Source: Candidatus Limosilactobacillus merdigallinarum (GTDB lineage Bacteria > Bacillota > Bacilli > Lactobacillales > Lactobacillaceae). From it: DNA of 64,000 bases. Below, piece by piece: positions 11,081 to 21,557 of this stretch (positions are counted from its first letter, which is position 1; every line of letters begins with the position of its first letter). The notes below the pieces were generated by a model. That model saw only the letters and a program-made list of their open reading frames with translations, ran no database searches and was not told where the DNA came from. The DNA is taken from the NCBI GenBank assembly GCA_019114515.1, contig DXFH01000011.1, positions 73,631 through 137,630 of the forward strand, given 5' to 3'. The position numbers were made by a program, and so were the translations under genes.

Positions 11081-11914
11081 TTGAAAAAGCATTTAAAAAA
11101 GATCCTCAGTTTAACCGGGATTTTAAGTTTGACTTTGTTCTTGGCCGCTTGTTCTAATGAGCCGATCACGAGCAATAGTACCGGTTTCTGGGATCACGAC
11201 ATCATCTATAATTGCTCACGGTTTATTATTTGGCTGTCTAATCATTTTGGTGGATATGGGATGGGGATCATCATCTTCACCATCATTATCCGGATTATTA
11301 TCTTACCAGTAATGTATTGGCAGACTAAGTCAACCATTGCAATGCAGGAATTACAGCCTGAATTAAAGAAGTTGCAGCAAAAGTATTCTTCACGTGACCG
11401 TGAAACAATGCAGAAGCTGCAAATGGAAACGCAGAAGCTGTACCGTGATGCAGGTGTTCACCCAATGGCTTCAATGCTGCCACTGCTGATCCAATTGCCA
11501 GTTATGTGGGCTTTGTACCAAGCTATTTGGCGCACCAACGTTTTGCGGCATGGGAGCTTTTTATGGCTGCAATTAGGTAAGACGGATCCTTACTATGTTT
11601 TGCCAATCCTAGCGGCGGTCTTCACCTTTATTAGTTCGTGGCTGGCGATGGCTGGAATGCCAGAACAAAGCAGCATGACTACCGTAATGACTTGGGGAAT
11701 GCCAATCATGATCTTCTTCATGTCCCTTGGCTTCCCGGCAGCGATTACCTTATACTGGGTAGTTACTAACGCCTTTCAAGTTGTCCAGACTCTGCTGATT
11801 CAAAACCCATTCAAGCTGCGGCGTGAACGGGAAGAAAGAAAGCGGGCAAAACGGCGTCGTCAGAACCGGCTTGAACATGCTCGGCGGAATGCCTTTAAGA
11901 GTAAGCGCAAGTAA
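11081..11914 (+). CDS. yidC: Membrane protein insertase YidC/OxaA (lipoprotein type)
   Basis: 277-aa ORF with the lipobox LTLFLAAC, multiple TM segments and a basic C-terminal tail (KRAKRRRQNR). TTG start. Confidence 0.92.
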   Translation: MKKHLKKILSLTGILSLTLFLAACSNEPITSNSTGFWDHDIIYNCSRFIIWLSNHFGGYGMGIIIFTIIIRIIILPVMYWQTKSTIAMQELQPELKKLQQKYSSRDRETMQKLQMETQKLYRDAGVHPMASMLPLLIQLPVMWALYQAIWRTNVLRHGSFLWLQLGKTDPYYVLPILAAVFTFISSWLAMAGMPEQSSMTTVMTWGMPIMIFFMSLGFPAAITLYWVVTNAFQVVQTLLIQNPFKLRREREERKRAKRRRQNRLEHARRNAFKSKRK

Positions 11915-11925
11915 ATAATTTAAAA

Positions 11926-11979
11926 AACGCAGAATGTATACTGCAGGTCGACTACCGAATGTACATTTTGCGTTTTTTT
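11926..11979 (+). terminator. Rho-independent terminator after yidC
   Basis: ACGCAGAATGTA ... TACATTTTGCGT stem followed by TTTTTTT. Confidence 0.65.
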
Positions 11980-12045
11980 GGTTGGTTGAAGATCGCTTCT
12001 ACAAAGGGTTAAACTGAAAGGCGAGATTTTGATGGAGGGACATCA

Positions 12046-12846
12046 ATGAAAAAAGTTTCAGGAACAACGATTGACGAGGCAGTCACCAATGCAGCCTCAC
12101 AATTAGGCATCACAAAGACGGAATTAAAGTATCGGGTGATTCAACAACCACGGCATGGCTTTTTGGGCATCGGAAAACGCAATGCAATCATCGAAGTTTC
12201 AACACCGGTAAACAAACAAGTAAACGAACACCACCGTCCTCAATCAGTTAAAGCAGTCATCCATAAGGCAAGCCATGAATCCAGTAAACATAGTAAAGAA
12301 CAGCCAACAACGCACCAAACCAAACTATTAGACGAAAAAGAAAAACTGGCGTTGCAGGCAAAGGAAAATCACGCACGTAATTTGCAACGGATGCAACGGG
12401 TAAGCAAAGGGCTGGTAAAGTATTTAACTGATAGCTTGGCGGCATTAGGGATAAAGGGCCAAGTTAAAGTTGAACAATTGCGGGTCCATGATCTAAAACT
12501 GGTAATTGATACAGATCATCCTAGTTGGGTGGTTGGCTTCCATGGTCGGCGCATCAACGCCTTAGAGTCATTGGGTGCAACTTATTTAAACTACCATGGG
12601 GTTAAGGATGCGCAGTTGATCTTAGATACCGGTAATTACCGTGAACGGCGGCGCAAAGCTCTGCAAAACTTAATGGCCGACAGTGTCACAGAAGTCATAG
12701 CAACTAATCAGGCAGTCTTCTTAGATCCGATGCCGGCGCGGGAGCGTAAAATGCTGCATAAATTGGCGGAGACGAGTTCAGCAGTGAAGACCTATTCACA
12801 CGGTAAGGAACCATTCCGCAGCGTCGTCATCGCTCCGCGTAACTAG
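12046..12846 (+). CDS. jag: Jag/KhpB-type RNA-binding protein (Jag_N, KH, R3H)
   Basis: 266-aa ORF with N-terminus TIDEAVTNAASQLGITKTELKYRVIQQPRHGFLGIG, in the conserved position after yidC. Confidence 0.9.
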   Translation: MKKVSGTTIDEAVTNAASQLGITKTELKYRVIQQPRHGFLGIGKRNAIIEVSTPVNKQVNEHHRPQSVKAVIHKASHESSKHSKEQPTTHQTKLLDEKEKLALQAKENHARNLQRMQRVSKGLVKYLTDSLAALGIKGQVKVEQLRVHDLKLVIDTDHPSWVVGFHGRRINALESLGATYLNYHGVKDAQLILDTGNYRERRRKALQNLMADSVTEVIATNQAVFLDPMPARERKMLHKLAETSSAVKTYSHGKEPFRSVVIAPRN

Positions 12847-12919
12847 GCGTGAAGATTTGACATTCATAAATTTGCTGATTACAATAACGATGAAAATTTA
12901 ATCTGACCTGTTAGAGTAG

Positions 12920-12977
12920 TGAAAGTGCTTTGACCATGGTCCGCTAATTTAGTGGACGTGGAAAGCACTTTTTTTAT
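12920..12977 (+). terminator. Structured terminator after jag
   Basis: Outer stem AAAGTGCTTT / AAAGCACTTT encloses an inner hairpin GTCCGCTA-ATT-TAGTGGAC. TTTTTTT follows. Confidence 0.6.
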
Positions 12978-12995
12978 TGAAAGGAGGAGCCGGAG

Positions 12996-14381
12996 TTGAA
13001 TAGTGAAGATGACACCATTACTGCCATCTCGACACCAGTTGGTGAGGGTGGTATTTCAATTATTCGGGTAAGCGGTGATGAGGCCATTCCGATCGTGAAG
13101 AAGATTTTTGCAGGAAAAGACCTAGCTAAGGTTGCCAGTCATACGATTAACTATGGCCACATTATCGACCCCAAGACACATGAAGAAGTTGATGAAGTCA
13201 TGGTATCCGTCATGCGGGCACCTAAGACTTACACCAGAGAGGATATCTGTGAAATTAACTGCCATGGTGGTTTACTAGCAACTAACCGAATTTTGCAGCT
13301 GACCATTGCCGCTGGTGCCCGGATGGCTGAGCCGGGAGAATATACCAAACGGGCATTCTTAAATGGCCGTTTAGACCTTTCACAAGCGGAAGCAGTCATG
13401 GATCTGATTCGGGCCAAAACTGACAAGTCGATGAAGGTTGCCCTGGGTCAACTCGATGGTGACCTATCACGATTAATTCACAAGCTGCGTCAAGAAATCC
13501 TAAATGTCTTAGCCCAAGTCGAAGTTAACATTGACTACCCGGAATATGATGGCGCGGAAACGATGACCAGCAAGATGATGCACGATCATGCCATTACTAT
13601 TCAGGAAAAGATTGAAAAACTACTGAAGACGGCACGGGAAGGCAAAATCCTGCGTGATGGGTTAGCAACGGCAATCATTGGCCGGCCGAACGTTGGTAAG
13701 TCCAGCCTATTGAATTCTTTGCTGCATGAAGATAAGGCGATCGTTACTAACGTTGCCGGGACAACTCGTGATGTCATTGAAGAGTACGTCAACGTCAATG
13801 GGGTGCCGCTTAAGCTGATTGATACTGCCGGTATTCGCCATACGGATGACAAAGTGGAAAAAATCGGGGTGGAACGGAGCAAAAAGGCAATTGAACAGGC
13901 GGATTTAATTCTGCTGTTGATTGATAGCTCACAGAAGTTGACCGATGAAGATCGCGAATTAATCAAGGAGACTAGTTCTGCACCCCGTATTGTTATTTAC
14001 AACAAGGCAGACCTTGAACCGCAAGTTGATTTAGATGAATTGCAATCTCTGGTGGGCGACAGCCGGATTATTAAGACATCAATGACTGCGCATACCGGGG
14101 TTGATCAATTAAGTCAGGCCATTGCAAAGCTCTTCTTTAATGAGGGCGTTGAAAGCAATCAGAATACGGTAATGGTGACGAATGCGCGCCATATTGGATT
14201 ACTTCGGCAAGCAGACAGTGCATTGGATGATGTATTAAAAGGACTGGCAGATGGCATGCCCGTTGACCTTGTCCAAATTGATCTGCGACGTGCCTGGGAC
14301 TTGCTTGGTCAGATTACCGGTGACAGTTATCAGGATGAATTAATTGACCAATTATTCAGTCAATTCTGCTTAGGAAAATAG
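12996..14381 (+). CDS. mnmE: tRNA modification GTPase MnmE
   Basis: 461-aa ORF with G-domain [18 protein letters not shown] and the C-terminal FCLGK motif. TTG start after GGAGGAG. Confidence 0.95.
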   Translation: MNSEDDTITAISTPVGEGGISIIRVSGDEAIPIVKKIFAGKDLAKVASHTINYGHIIDPKTHEEVDEVMVSVMRAPKTYTREDICEINCHGGLLATNRILQLTIAAGARMAEPGEYTKRAFLNGRLDLSQAEAVMDLIRAKTDKSMKVALGQLDGDLSRLIHKLRQEILNVLAQVEVNIDYPEYDGAETMTSKMMHDHAITIQEKIEKLLKTAREGKILRDGLATAIIGRPNVGKSSLLNSLLHEDKAIVTNVAGTTRDVIEEYVNVNGVPLKLIDTAGIRHTDDKVEKIGVERSKKAIEQADLILLLIDSSQKLTDEDRELIKETSSAPRIVIYNKADLEPQVDLDELQSLVGDSRIIKTSMTAHTGVDQLSQAIAKLFFNEGVESNQNTVMVTNARHIGLLRQADSALDDVLKGLADGMPVDLVQIDLRRAWDLLGQITGDSYQDELIDQLFSQFCLGK

Positions 14382-14391
14382 GAGACATAAA

Positions 14392-16317
14392 ATGCAAACA
14401 AGCACAGCAATTCAATATGATAGCGACAGTTACGATGTGATTGTCGTAGGGGCTGGCCATGCTGGCTGTGAAGCTGCACTGGCCGCAGCCCGCATGGGGA
14501 ATAAGACCCTGTTAGTAACGATTAGCCTCGAAATGGTAGCCTTTATGCCATGTAACCCGTCACTGGGGGGTCCAGCTAAAGGGGTCGTCGTCCGAGAAAT
14601 TGACGCCTTGGGTGGCGAAATGGGTCATAACATTGATAAGACCTACATTCAAATGCGGATGCTCAACACCAGCAAGGGCCCCGCTGTCCGGGCATTACGG
14701 GCACAAGCCGACAAACATGCCTATCACCGGCAAATGAAGTGGACGCTGGAAAAGGAGCCTAATTTAACCCTGCGGCAAGCAACGGTTGATGACTTAATCG
14801 TTGAAGATGGGGTTTGCCATGGTGTAATTACCAATACCGGTGCGCGTTACCGGGCGAAGACGGTTGTCCTGACAGTTGGTACCGCAGCACGAGGCAAGAT
14901 CATCATTGGTGAATTGCAATACGAATCCGGCCCCAATAACTCCAAGTCCGCCACTAAGTTATCCGAATGTCTGGAGCGCCTTGGCTTTGACCTGGAACGG
15001 TTTAAGACGGGGACGCCACCGCGGATCAATGGAAACACCATTAATTATGATGAGACGGAAGAACAGCCTGGTGATGAAACTCCGCACCACTTTAGTTTCG
15101 ATACTCCCGACAGCAAGTATCTGTCCGTTTCTGATCAGATCTCTTGCTGGCTGACTTATACCAACCTGCATACCCACGATATTATCCGGGAAAACTTGGA
15201 CCGTGCGCCAATGTTCTCTGGTGTGATTAAGGGAGTTGGCCCACGGTATTGCCCATCAATTGAAGATAAGATCGTCCGGTTTGCCGACAAAGACCGCCAC
15301 CAGCTCTTCTTGGAACCAGAAGGGCGCGACACCGACGAATACTATGTTGATGGCTTGTCTACTTCGATGCCGGAAGAGATTCAACAGCGGATGCTGCACT
15401 CCGTTAAGGGTCTAGAAAATGCATCCCTGATGCGGCCTGGATACGCCATTGAATACGATGTGGTTTCACCATATCAATTGCGGCCAACCCTGGAAACTAA
15501 GCGGGTAAAGAACCTGTACACGGCTGGTCAAACCAACGGGACGTCTGGTTATGAAGAGGCCGCGGGGCAAGGACTTATTGCCGGAATCAATGCTGGTCTG
15601 CGAGCATTAGGCAAGAAGCCATTTGTCCTGCAGCGTTCCGAAGCCTACATTGGGGTGATGATTGACGACCTCGTTACTAAGGGCACTAAGGAACCATACC
15701 GTCTGTTAACCAGTCGGGCAGAGTACCGTCTGTTGTTACGTCACGATAATGCTGACTTCCGTTTGATGGCTAAGGGCCATGAAATTGGTTTGGTAAGTGA
15801 CGAACGCTACCAAAAGATGCTGGATAAGAAGGCTGCAGTGAAGGCAGAAGTGGCCCGGCTGGAATCATTACGCTTGAAACCGGGTTCGCCAGCTGATGAC
15901 TTTATCCAGCGAAATGGCGATCATCCGCTGAAGGATTCCGTCACTGCCGCAACTTTACTAAAGCGGCCATACTTTGACTACCAGACATTGCTGAAATTTA
16001 TCCCGGCTCCAGAACACTCACTGGACCGGCAAGTAGCTGAACAAGTTGAAATTACTCTTAAGTACGAAGGTTACATCAAGAAGGAAGAAGTCCGGGTCAA
16101 CCGCTTGAAGCGGATGGAAGCCAAAAAGATTCCTGATGATATCGACTACTCTGCAATTGAAGGGTTAGCAACGGAAGGCCGACAAAAGCTGGACAAGATT
16201 CGACCAGAAACACTGGCCCAGGCTTCCCGGATCAGTGGGGTTAACCCAGCTGACTTGGCAATTCTGAGTGTCTACATTCAACAAGGCAAGATCGCTAAGC
16301 GCAGCGACCGGAAATAG
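14392..16317 (+). CDS. mnmG: tRNA uridine 5-carboxymethylaminomethyl modification enzyme MnmG (GidA)
   Basis: 641-aa ORF with FAD motif [21 protein letters not shown], directly after mnmE. Confidence 0.96.
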   Translation: MQTSTAIQYDSDSYDVIVVGAGHAGCEAALAAARMGNKTLLVTISLEMVAFMPCNPSLGGPAKGVVVREIDALGGEMGHNIDKTYIQMRMLNTSKGPAVRALRAQADKHAYHRQMKWTLEKEPNLTLRQATVDDLIVEDGVCHGVITNTGARYRAKTVVLTVGTAARGKIIIGELQYESGPNNSKSATKLSECLERLGFDLERFKTGTPPRINGNTINYDETEEQPGDETPHHFSFDTPDSKYLSVSDQISCWLTYTNLHTHDIIRENLDRAPMFSGVIKGVGPRYCPSIEDKIVRFADKDRHQLFLEPEGRDTDEYYVDGLSTSMPEEIQQRMLHSVKGLENASLMRPGYAIEYDVVSPYQLRPTLETKRVKNLYTAGQTNGTSGYEEAAGQGLIAGINAGLRALGKKPFVLQRSEAYIGVMIDDLVTKGTKEPYRLLTSRAEYRLLLRHDNADFRLMAKGHEIGLVSDERYQKMLDKKAAVKAEVARLESLRLKPGSPADDFIQRNGDHPLKDSVTAATLLKRPYFDYQTLLKFIPAPEHSLDRQVAEQVEITLKYEGYIKKEEVRVNRLKRMEAKKIPDDIDYSAIEGLATEGRQKLDKIRPETLAQASRISGVNPADLAILSVYIQQGKIAKRSDRK

Positions 16318-16402
16318 TTCCTTTTTTGCATAATATTAATAACAATCGACCGGCAAAGTGTACTATGATAAATAAGTAAACTTTTTGAATGTAGGTGTAG
16401 TC

Positions 16403-17008
16403 ATGAAAGCATTACGACAGATCATGAGCTGGATTGTACCGATTGTTATCGGCCTGGTTCTAGCATTAGTAATTAAGCAATTTGTCTTTCAGCCGGTACG
16501 GGTTGATGGACCATCAATGCAGCCAAACCTCGTAAATAACGAGCGTGTGTTAAGTATGAAGCGTTCCAAGATCCATCGAGGATCGGTAATTGTCTTCAAT
16601 GCGAACGGGGTGGATCCGCAAGTATCAGTCAAGACAGATTACGTTAAGCGGGTTATTGGTGTTCCTGGAGACACGGTCCAATCAAAGAACGGAAATATTT
16701 ACGTTAATGGTAAGAAGACAAACCAGGACTACATCAGTATGGATCAACGCAAGGCCGGTACTGGCAACTGGACTTTAAAGACCATTTCTAAACGGAATAA
16801 CTGGTTGAAAAACTCTGGTGCAACGAAGGTACCTGATGGCGAGTACTTTGTTTTAGGGGACAACCGGACCGTTTCAAACGACGGTCGTTATTGGGGATTT
16901 GTTCCTAAGGATAAGATTGACGGAGTTGTCAAAGTTGGCTTCTGGTCAAGCAACCAATCCAAGAAGAAGTACATTAACCAGCAATGGAAGAACTACTTTG
17001 CTAATTAA
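16403..17008 (+). CDS. lepB: Signal peptidase I
   Basis: N-terminal TM segment, catalytic-region SMQPNL and GDNRTVSNDGRYWGFV. I prefer ATG 16403 (AGGTG upstream) over the ORF-track start at 16385. Confidence 0.9.
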   Translation: MKALRQIMSWIVPIVIGLVLALVIKQFVFQPVRVDGPSMQPNLVNNERVLSMKRSKIHRGSVIVFNANGVDPQVSVKTDYVKRVIGVPGDTVQSKNGNIYVNGKKTNQDYISMDQRKAGTGNWTLKTISKRNNWLKNSGATKVPDGEYFVLGDNRTVSNDGRYWGFVPKDKIDGVVKVGFWSSNQSKKKYINQQWKNYFAN

Positions 17009-17020
17009 CTGTTAGTAATT

Positions 17021-17067
17021 AAAAAGATCGTTAGGATTCTGATAATGAATCTTAACGATCTTTTTTG
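17021..17067. terminator. Bidirectional terminator between convergent lepB and the ABC permease
   Basis: GATCGTTAGGAT ... ATCTTAACGATC stem, with an A-run on the left and a T-run on the right. Confidence 0.75.
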
Positions 17068-17112
17068 TCTGCAAGCAATAGGCGAATAATCAGCCTTTTA
17101 AAAAGCGTTTAA

Positions 17113-19617
17113 TTAATCAACGGATTGCAAAGCAGCCAGCATATCAACGCGTTTGATGCGCCGGTAAACAACCAGTGCCAATAAGAAGGTGATTACTGCC
17201 GGAATTAGGGCGGAGATGACAAAGTTATTGGCATACAGGTTAGGATCAAACATGGCATTGGTTGGCGGCAAGGTAGTGATAATGAAATGGTGAAGCCAGG
17301 CACCAATCAAGTAGCCAAGTAAGATACCCAGCACTGACAAAATGATTGTTTCGCGGTAGATATACATGGTGACTTCGCCGTCAAAGAAGCCGAGCACCTT
17401 GATAGTTGACAGCTCTCGCATCCGTTCAAGCACATTAATTGTTGTTAGGTTATAGATCACGACAATTGCTAGCAAAGTTGCCAGGCCAATTAAAATGACC
17501 ATTACTTGATTCATGCTATCCATGGTGTTTTGGATCATCAATTGGTTATTGACGTTCTGGTTAATCCCGAGTACGGCCCCGGTGTCCATGGCATCTTTTG
17601 AAAAGGACTGCAGCTTTTGCGGATTACTTAGAGTGACTAATTGTGCGTTGCTAGTAAAAGGTCGTTGAAAATAGTGACGGTATTCATGCTGGTTCATGAT
17701 GAGAAAGTGGCCCATGTACATTTCAGTGATGCCTGCCACTTTAAATGAGTGCCAATGTCCATTTTGATCTTTTAGGCGAATGTGTTGCCCCACTGTAGTG
17801 TTTGTGAGGTGGGCTAGCTTCTCAGAGATGATCACACCATGATTGGTTAATTTAAGCTGCTTTTTGCTTTGGCGATTTTGCAGCCGCATATACGCGTTAA
17901 AGTCATAGCTGTTTTGTGGCACGATCAAGTTCACGTTTTGCTGGGAACTGTTCAGTTGGCGATTTAATTGTGCCGAATAAACAGGCATATGACGCCGTAC
18001 TTCACCGGACGCTAGCAAATGCTTAAAGCGCTTGGATTGTTCTACAGAAGGCTGCTCTTTTTGTTGAACGATTAAATCGTAACGGATGATGTTGCCGTAT
18101 TGCTGCTGACTAATTCCTTTCAGTGAGTCACTAATGCCAAATCCCATTACTAAAAGTCCTGTACAACCAGCAACTCCAATGATGGTCATTAACATGCGGG
18201 ACTTATAGCGGAAAATGTTGCGGGCACAAATTTTATATTTGAAGCTGAGGCGGTTCCAAAGGGGCTTAACTTTTTCGAGCAAAATATGGGAGCCGCTCTT
18301 TGGTGCTTTAGGCAGCAATAGGCGTGCGGGCTTTTCCTGAAGGTCGTGAGCAAGCGTCCACAAGGCGGGGAGAGTGGTGCAGGCCAGTGCAATAATGGCA
18401 ACGATAATTAACCAGATCCCGTTGAACTGGGGTGTAAAACCAGTCAAGGTGGAATTGGCACCATAAGCATCGAAGATCATTTTTGGCAAGAAGCGGTAGC
18501 CAAAAATGGAACCGCAGAACACCCCAAGCAGGCTTGATAATAGACTGTATACGATAAACTTTAAACTGACATCGAAGTTAGAGTAACCAAGTGACCGTAA
18601 TGTACCAATGTTGGGCCGATCCTCTTCGACAAAGCGGGTCATGGTGGTTAAGCATACTAACGCGGCAACGAAAAACATGAAGATGGGGAAGATGTTGGCC
18701 AATATATCGATCCGCTCCATGTTCGAGTGGTAAATTTCGTAACCAGGATTTAGAGTTCGGTCATTAACGGTATAGGTGATCTTATTAGCATTAGTCGGCA
18801 GGTCTGCCTGTGATGCTGCACTCAATGAGGTCGGATTAGCCATTGCCTGTGCATGCAGTGCCTGTCTTAGGTTATTGCATTTGACATTACGATTTTGATT
18901 CAGTCGCTTTTGTAGGCTGTCTTTTTGTCGGTCAATGTAGTTTTGGTAGGCCGTGGAGTATGGATTTAAATTTTTGTTTTGCTTAAAAGACAGACGGGCA
19001 ATCATCCATTGCGGGCTGTTGAAGGCAGACTTTTTGACGACCGCGTAACCATTGAGCTGACCAGTTCCGATATTGGTGTGACCAAAATCATTACGGTCGA
19101 CATATTCGCTGGAACGGACAAAGCCGACAATTTGGTAGTGATTGTTTTTTAGACTATTGTATTGCTTTAGGGTAATCGTCTGTCCCAGGTGATAACGGTT
19201 AGCTAACAGGTAACTAACGGCAATTTGGTGGTTTGTCTGCGGCATGTTGCCTTTGACTAACTGGTATTTAGAAATAGCATCGGTTTGCGAAAAGATTCTT
19301 AATGCTGTTTGGGAGCCATTAATACTGCTGTCTTGAAAATAGCCAAAGTCGGCCTTTTTGAGTTCCTTGGTCTGCAAGATGGTCTGTCGATCGATTTGAT
19401 CGAGGCCATAGTTAGACGTTACCGTCATGTCAGCTAATTGCTGTTGCCGGTAAAAATTGGTGGCAGAAAATCTCATATCCGGGCCAGCCATCTTTAAACC
19501 AATGAAAGTAAAAGCACTGACTGCCATTAGCAAGAAAATAGAGATGAAGCGGCCAAGCGAATCCGGAATAGACTGGAAGGCGTTCTTCCATAAAATTCGT
19601 TTATTCATCTTATCCAC
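17113..19617 (-). CDS. ABC transporter permease with duplicated FtsX modules
   Basis: 834-aa ORF with two FtsX-like TM clusters, each following a large extracytoplasmic region. The start may be ATG 19608 (AGGTGG RBS) rather than GTG 19617. Confidence 0.85.
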   Translation of the reverse strand: MDKMNKRILWKNAFQSIPDSLGRFISIFLLMAVSAFTFIGLKMAGPDMRFSATNFYRQQQLADMTVTSNYGLDQIDRQTILQTKELKKADFGYFQDSSINGSQTALRIFSQTDAISKYQLVKGNMPQTNHQIAVSYLLANRYHLGQTITLKQYNSLKNNHYQIVGFVRSSEYVDRNDFGHTNIGTGQLNGYAVVKKSAFNSPQWMIARLSFKQNKNLNPYSTAYQNYIDRQKDSLQKRLNQNRNVKCNNLRQALHAQAMANPTSLSAASQADLPTNANKITYTVNDRTLNPGYEIYHSNMERIDILANIFPIFMFFVAALVCLTTMTRFVEEDRPNIGTLRSLGYSNFDVSLKFIVYSLLSSLLGVFCGSIFGYRFLPKMIFDAYGANSTLTGFTPQFNGIWLIIVAIIALACTTLPALWTLAHDLQEKPARLLLPKAPKSGSHILLEKVKPLWNRLSFKYKICARNIFRYKSRMLMTIIGVAGCTGLLVMGFGISDSLKGISQQQYGNIIRYDLIVQQKEQPSVEQSKRFKHLLASGEVRRHMPVYSAQLNRQLNSSQQNVNLIVPQNSYDFNAYMRLQNRQSKKQLKLTNHGVIISEKLAHLTNTTVGQHIRLKDQNGHWHSFKVAGITEMYMGHFLIMNQHEYRHYFQRPFTSNAQLVTLSNPQKLQSFSKDAMDTGAVLGINQNVNNQLMIQNTMDSMNQVMVILIGLATLLAIVVIYNLTTINVLERMRELSTIKVLGFFDGEVTMYIYRETIILSVLGILLGYLIGAWLHHFIITTLPPTNAMFDPNLYANNFVISALIPAVITFLLALVVYRRIKRVDMLAALQSVD

Positions 19618-20328
19618 CTACCATTCAATTGCGGCAATGGCCTGTGGATGATTATTATGTTTGATATCGGTGATTTGACCGTCGTGAATACGGATGACCT
19701 GGTTGCCAATGGGGGCGATAGCGGCATTATGGGTGACAATGATAACCGTCGATCCGCGTTTAGTACTCATATCTTGTAAAATTTGCAATACCTGTTTGCC
19801 GGTTTGGTAATCAAGCGCACCAGTGGGTTCATCACAGAGTAAAATTTGGGGATTCTTAGCCACAGCGCGGGCGATAGCAGCACGTTGCTGTTCACCGCCA
19901 GACAGTTGCGCAGGAAAATTGTCCATCCGCTCGCCTAAGCCAACTGCTTTGAGTGCTTCTTTAACATTTAATGCATCAGGAACGATTTCCGTGGCTAGTT
20001 CAACATTTTCCTTGGCGGTAAGGTTGGGGACAAGGTTATAAAATTGGAACACGAAACCGACATCGTTACGCTGGTAAGCCGTTAATTGCCGTGGAGTATA
20101 ATCGGCAATATTGTGCCCATTAATCACAACGGACCCGCTAGAACACGAGTCCATCCCTCCTAAAATATTAAGCAGCGTTGATTTGCCAGCACCTGATGAA
20201 CCGAGGATGACTACTAATTCACCTTTTTCAATTGTGAAATTAATGTCTTTATTGGCATAGATGATGGAGTCACCGTTAACGTATTTTTTACTGCAATTTT
20301 TGACTTCGATTAGTGCCACATTGACCAC
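19618..20328 (-). CDS. ABC transporter ATP-binding protein (MacB/LolD-like)
   Basis: Walker [13 protein letters not shown], signature [14 protein letters not shown] and Walker [13 protein letters not shown]. It abuts the permease gene. Confidence 0.93.
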   Translation of the reverse strand: MVNVALIEVKNCSKKYVNGDSIIYANKDINFTIEKGELVVILGSSGAGKSTLLNILGGMDSCSSGSVVINGHNIADYTPRQLTAYQRNDVGFVFQFYNLVPNLTAKENVELATEIVPDALNVKEALKAVGLGERMDNFPAQLSGGEQQRAAIARAVAKNPQILLCDEPTGALDYQTGKQVLQILQDMSTKRGSTVIIVTHNAAIAPIGNQVIRIHDGQITDIKHNNHPQAIAAIEW

Positions 20329-20374
20329 CTCCTAAAAAAGCAAGTATGCATATCATAGTTAGTTATCCCAGACT

Positions 20375-21406
20375 TTAATGAAACAAAGCAGCTAATTGAT
20401 CAGACACTTTCCTGGGACCATGGATATAGCGAATGCCATGGGCCTTTAGAAAATTAAGATCATATTTATTGGCGGGGTAACGTTTCACTAATTGCAGCTT
20501 CATTGCTTGATTTAATCTCACCTGTTTACTGTGGTAATGATAAGGAATATTGACCTGGATAGCGCGACATTGAAAAATAACGGCTTTCACCGGGTTGGTC
20601 ACATAAATAAAGACTGGATCATTAACCCGAACCTTGGTTGATTGTTTCCACAACAATAAGTCGTTTGGATCTTTGAAGGCATGCATGATGTCATAGTATC
20701 GCGGATTATTCGGGATCAACCATGCATGCGGCCGACACAAAAATTGCCGGCTCTGGGTGACTAATTTCATGATCTGCTGATCAGGTTGCGTGTCATCAAG
20801 AATCACACAAAGCCAATTATCTTTGTTCATGTGGTAGGCAGGATAAATACTAGCCTGTTGTAAAAAGGAAGGGCGTTTGTGCGGATCAATCCGAAATTCC
20901 AAGATGTCGACTTTTTTGTCGGTCACGGATACGTGCTGGTCGAGTCGTGTGATGGGAATGTGCATCACTAATCCGTACCATTTTTGCGATACTGGTTCAC
21001 GAAAGATCGCATCATCAGGCATCCTTTTAAAGACAAATTCGGGATCATCGTTGAACTGCTGCTTAATAGCACTGGCAAGGCGGTTAGCTTGTGAACTATG
21101 AAAAGGCATAGCAATAAAGCAGTCGTGGGCGATGGTTTCTAGGAGTTGCTCATAGGCCGTTTTTACTTGTGAAGCATAGGGGCCTAAATGACTGGCACGC
21201 AAGGGAAGGTATTCGTCACCACTATTTAAGTCAATCAGTTGGCCGGTAACTTTTCCGGTTTAATCAATATCTAACTGTGCCAAGAATTGATCAGCGAAAA
21301 ATTGCTGCCGCCAAAGGTAGTGACCATTTTCTTTATGAAAACCGAATGATAATAATTTAGAATAATTCGGTCGTTGCTTTTGAAAAATGTTTTTTTCGAT
21401 GGTCAT
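20375..21406 (-). pseudogene. MmcQ/YjbR-family protein fused to an EVE/PUA-like C-terminal domain, interrupted by an in-frame TAA
   Basis: A reading frame from ATG 21406 (MTIEKNIFQKQRPNYSKLLSFGFHKENGHYLWRQQ...LDID) hits TAA at 21262-21260. It continues in the same frame into ORF 20375-21202. I verified the frame: 21406, 21262 and 21202 are all congruent mod 3. Confidence 0.7.
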
Positions 21407-21557
21407 GATTGATCCTTCCCGCTATAAATGTCTTTTTAATCATTTTACTATTTCATTAAGCAATTCGGGAAGCAATAAACTGACAAAGCTTATCAATCAC
21501 GCAACAGCAACAGATGATTTATAATGGAAATCGTAGTTTTAGAAAGAAGGGATTTTT

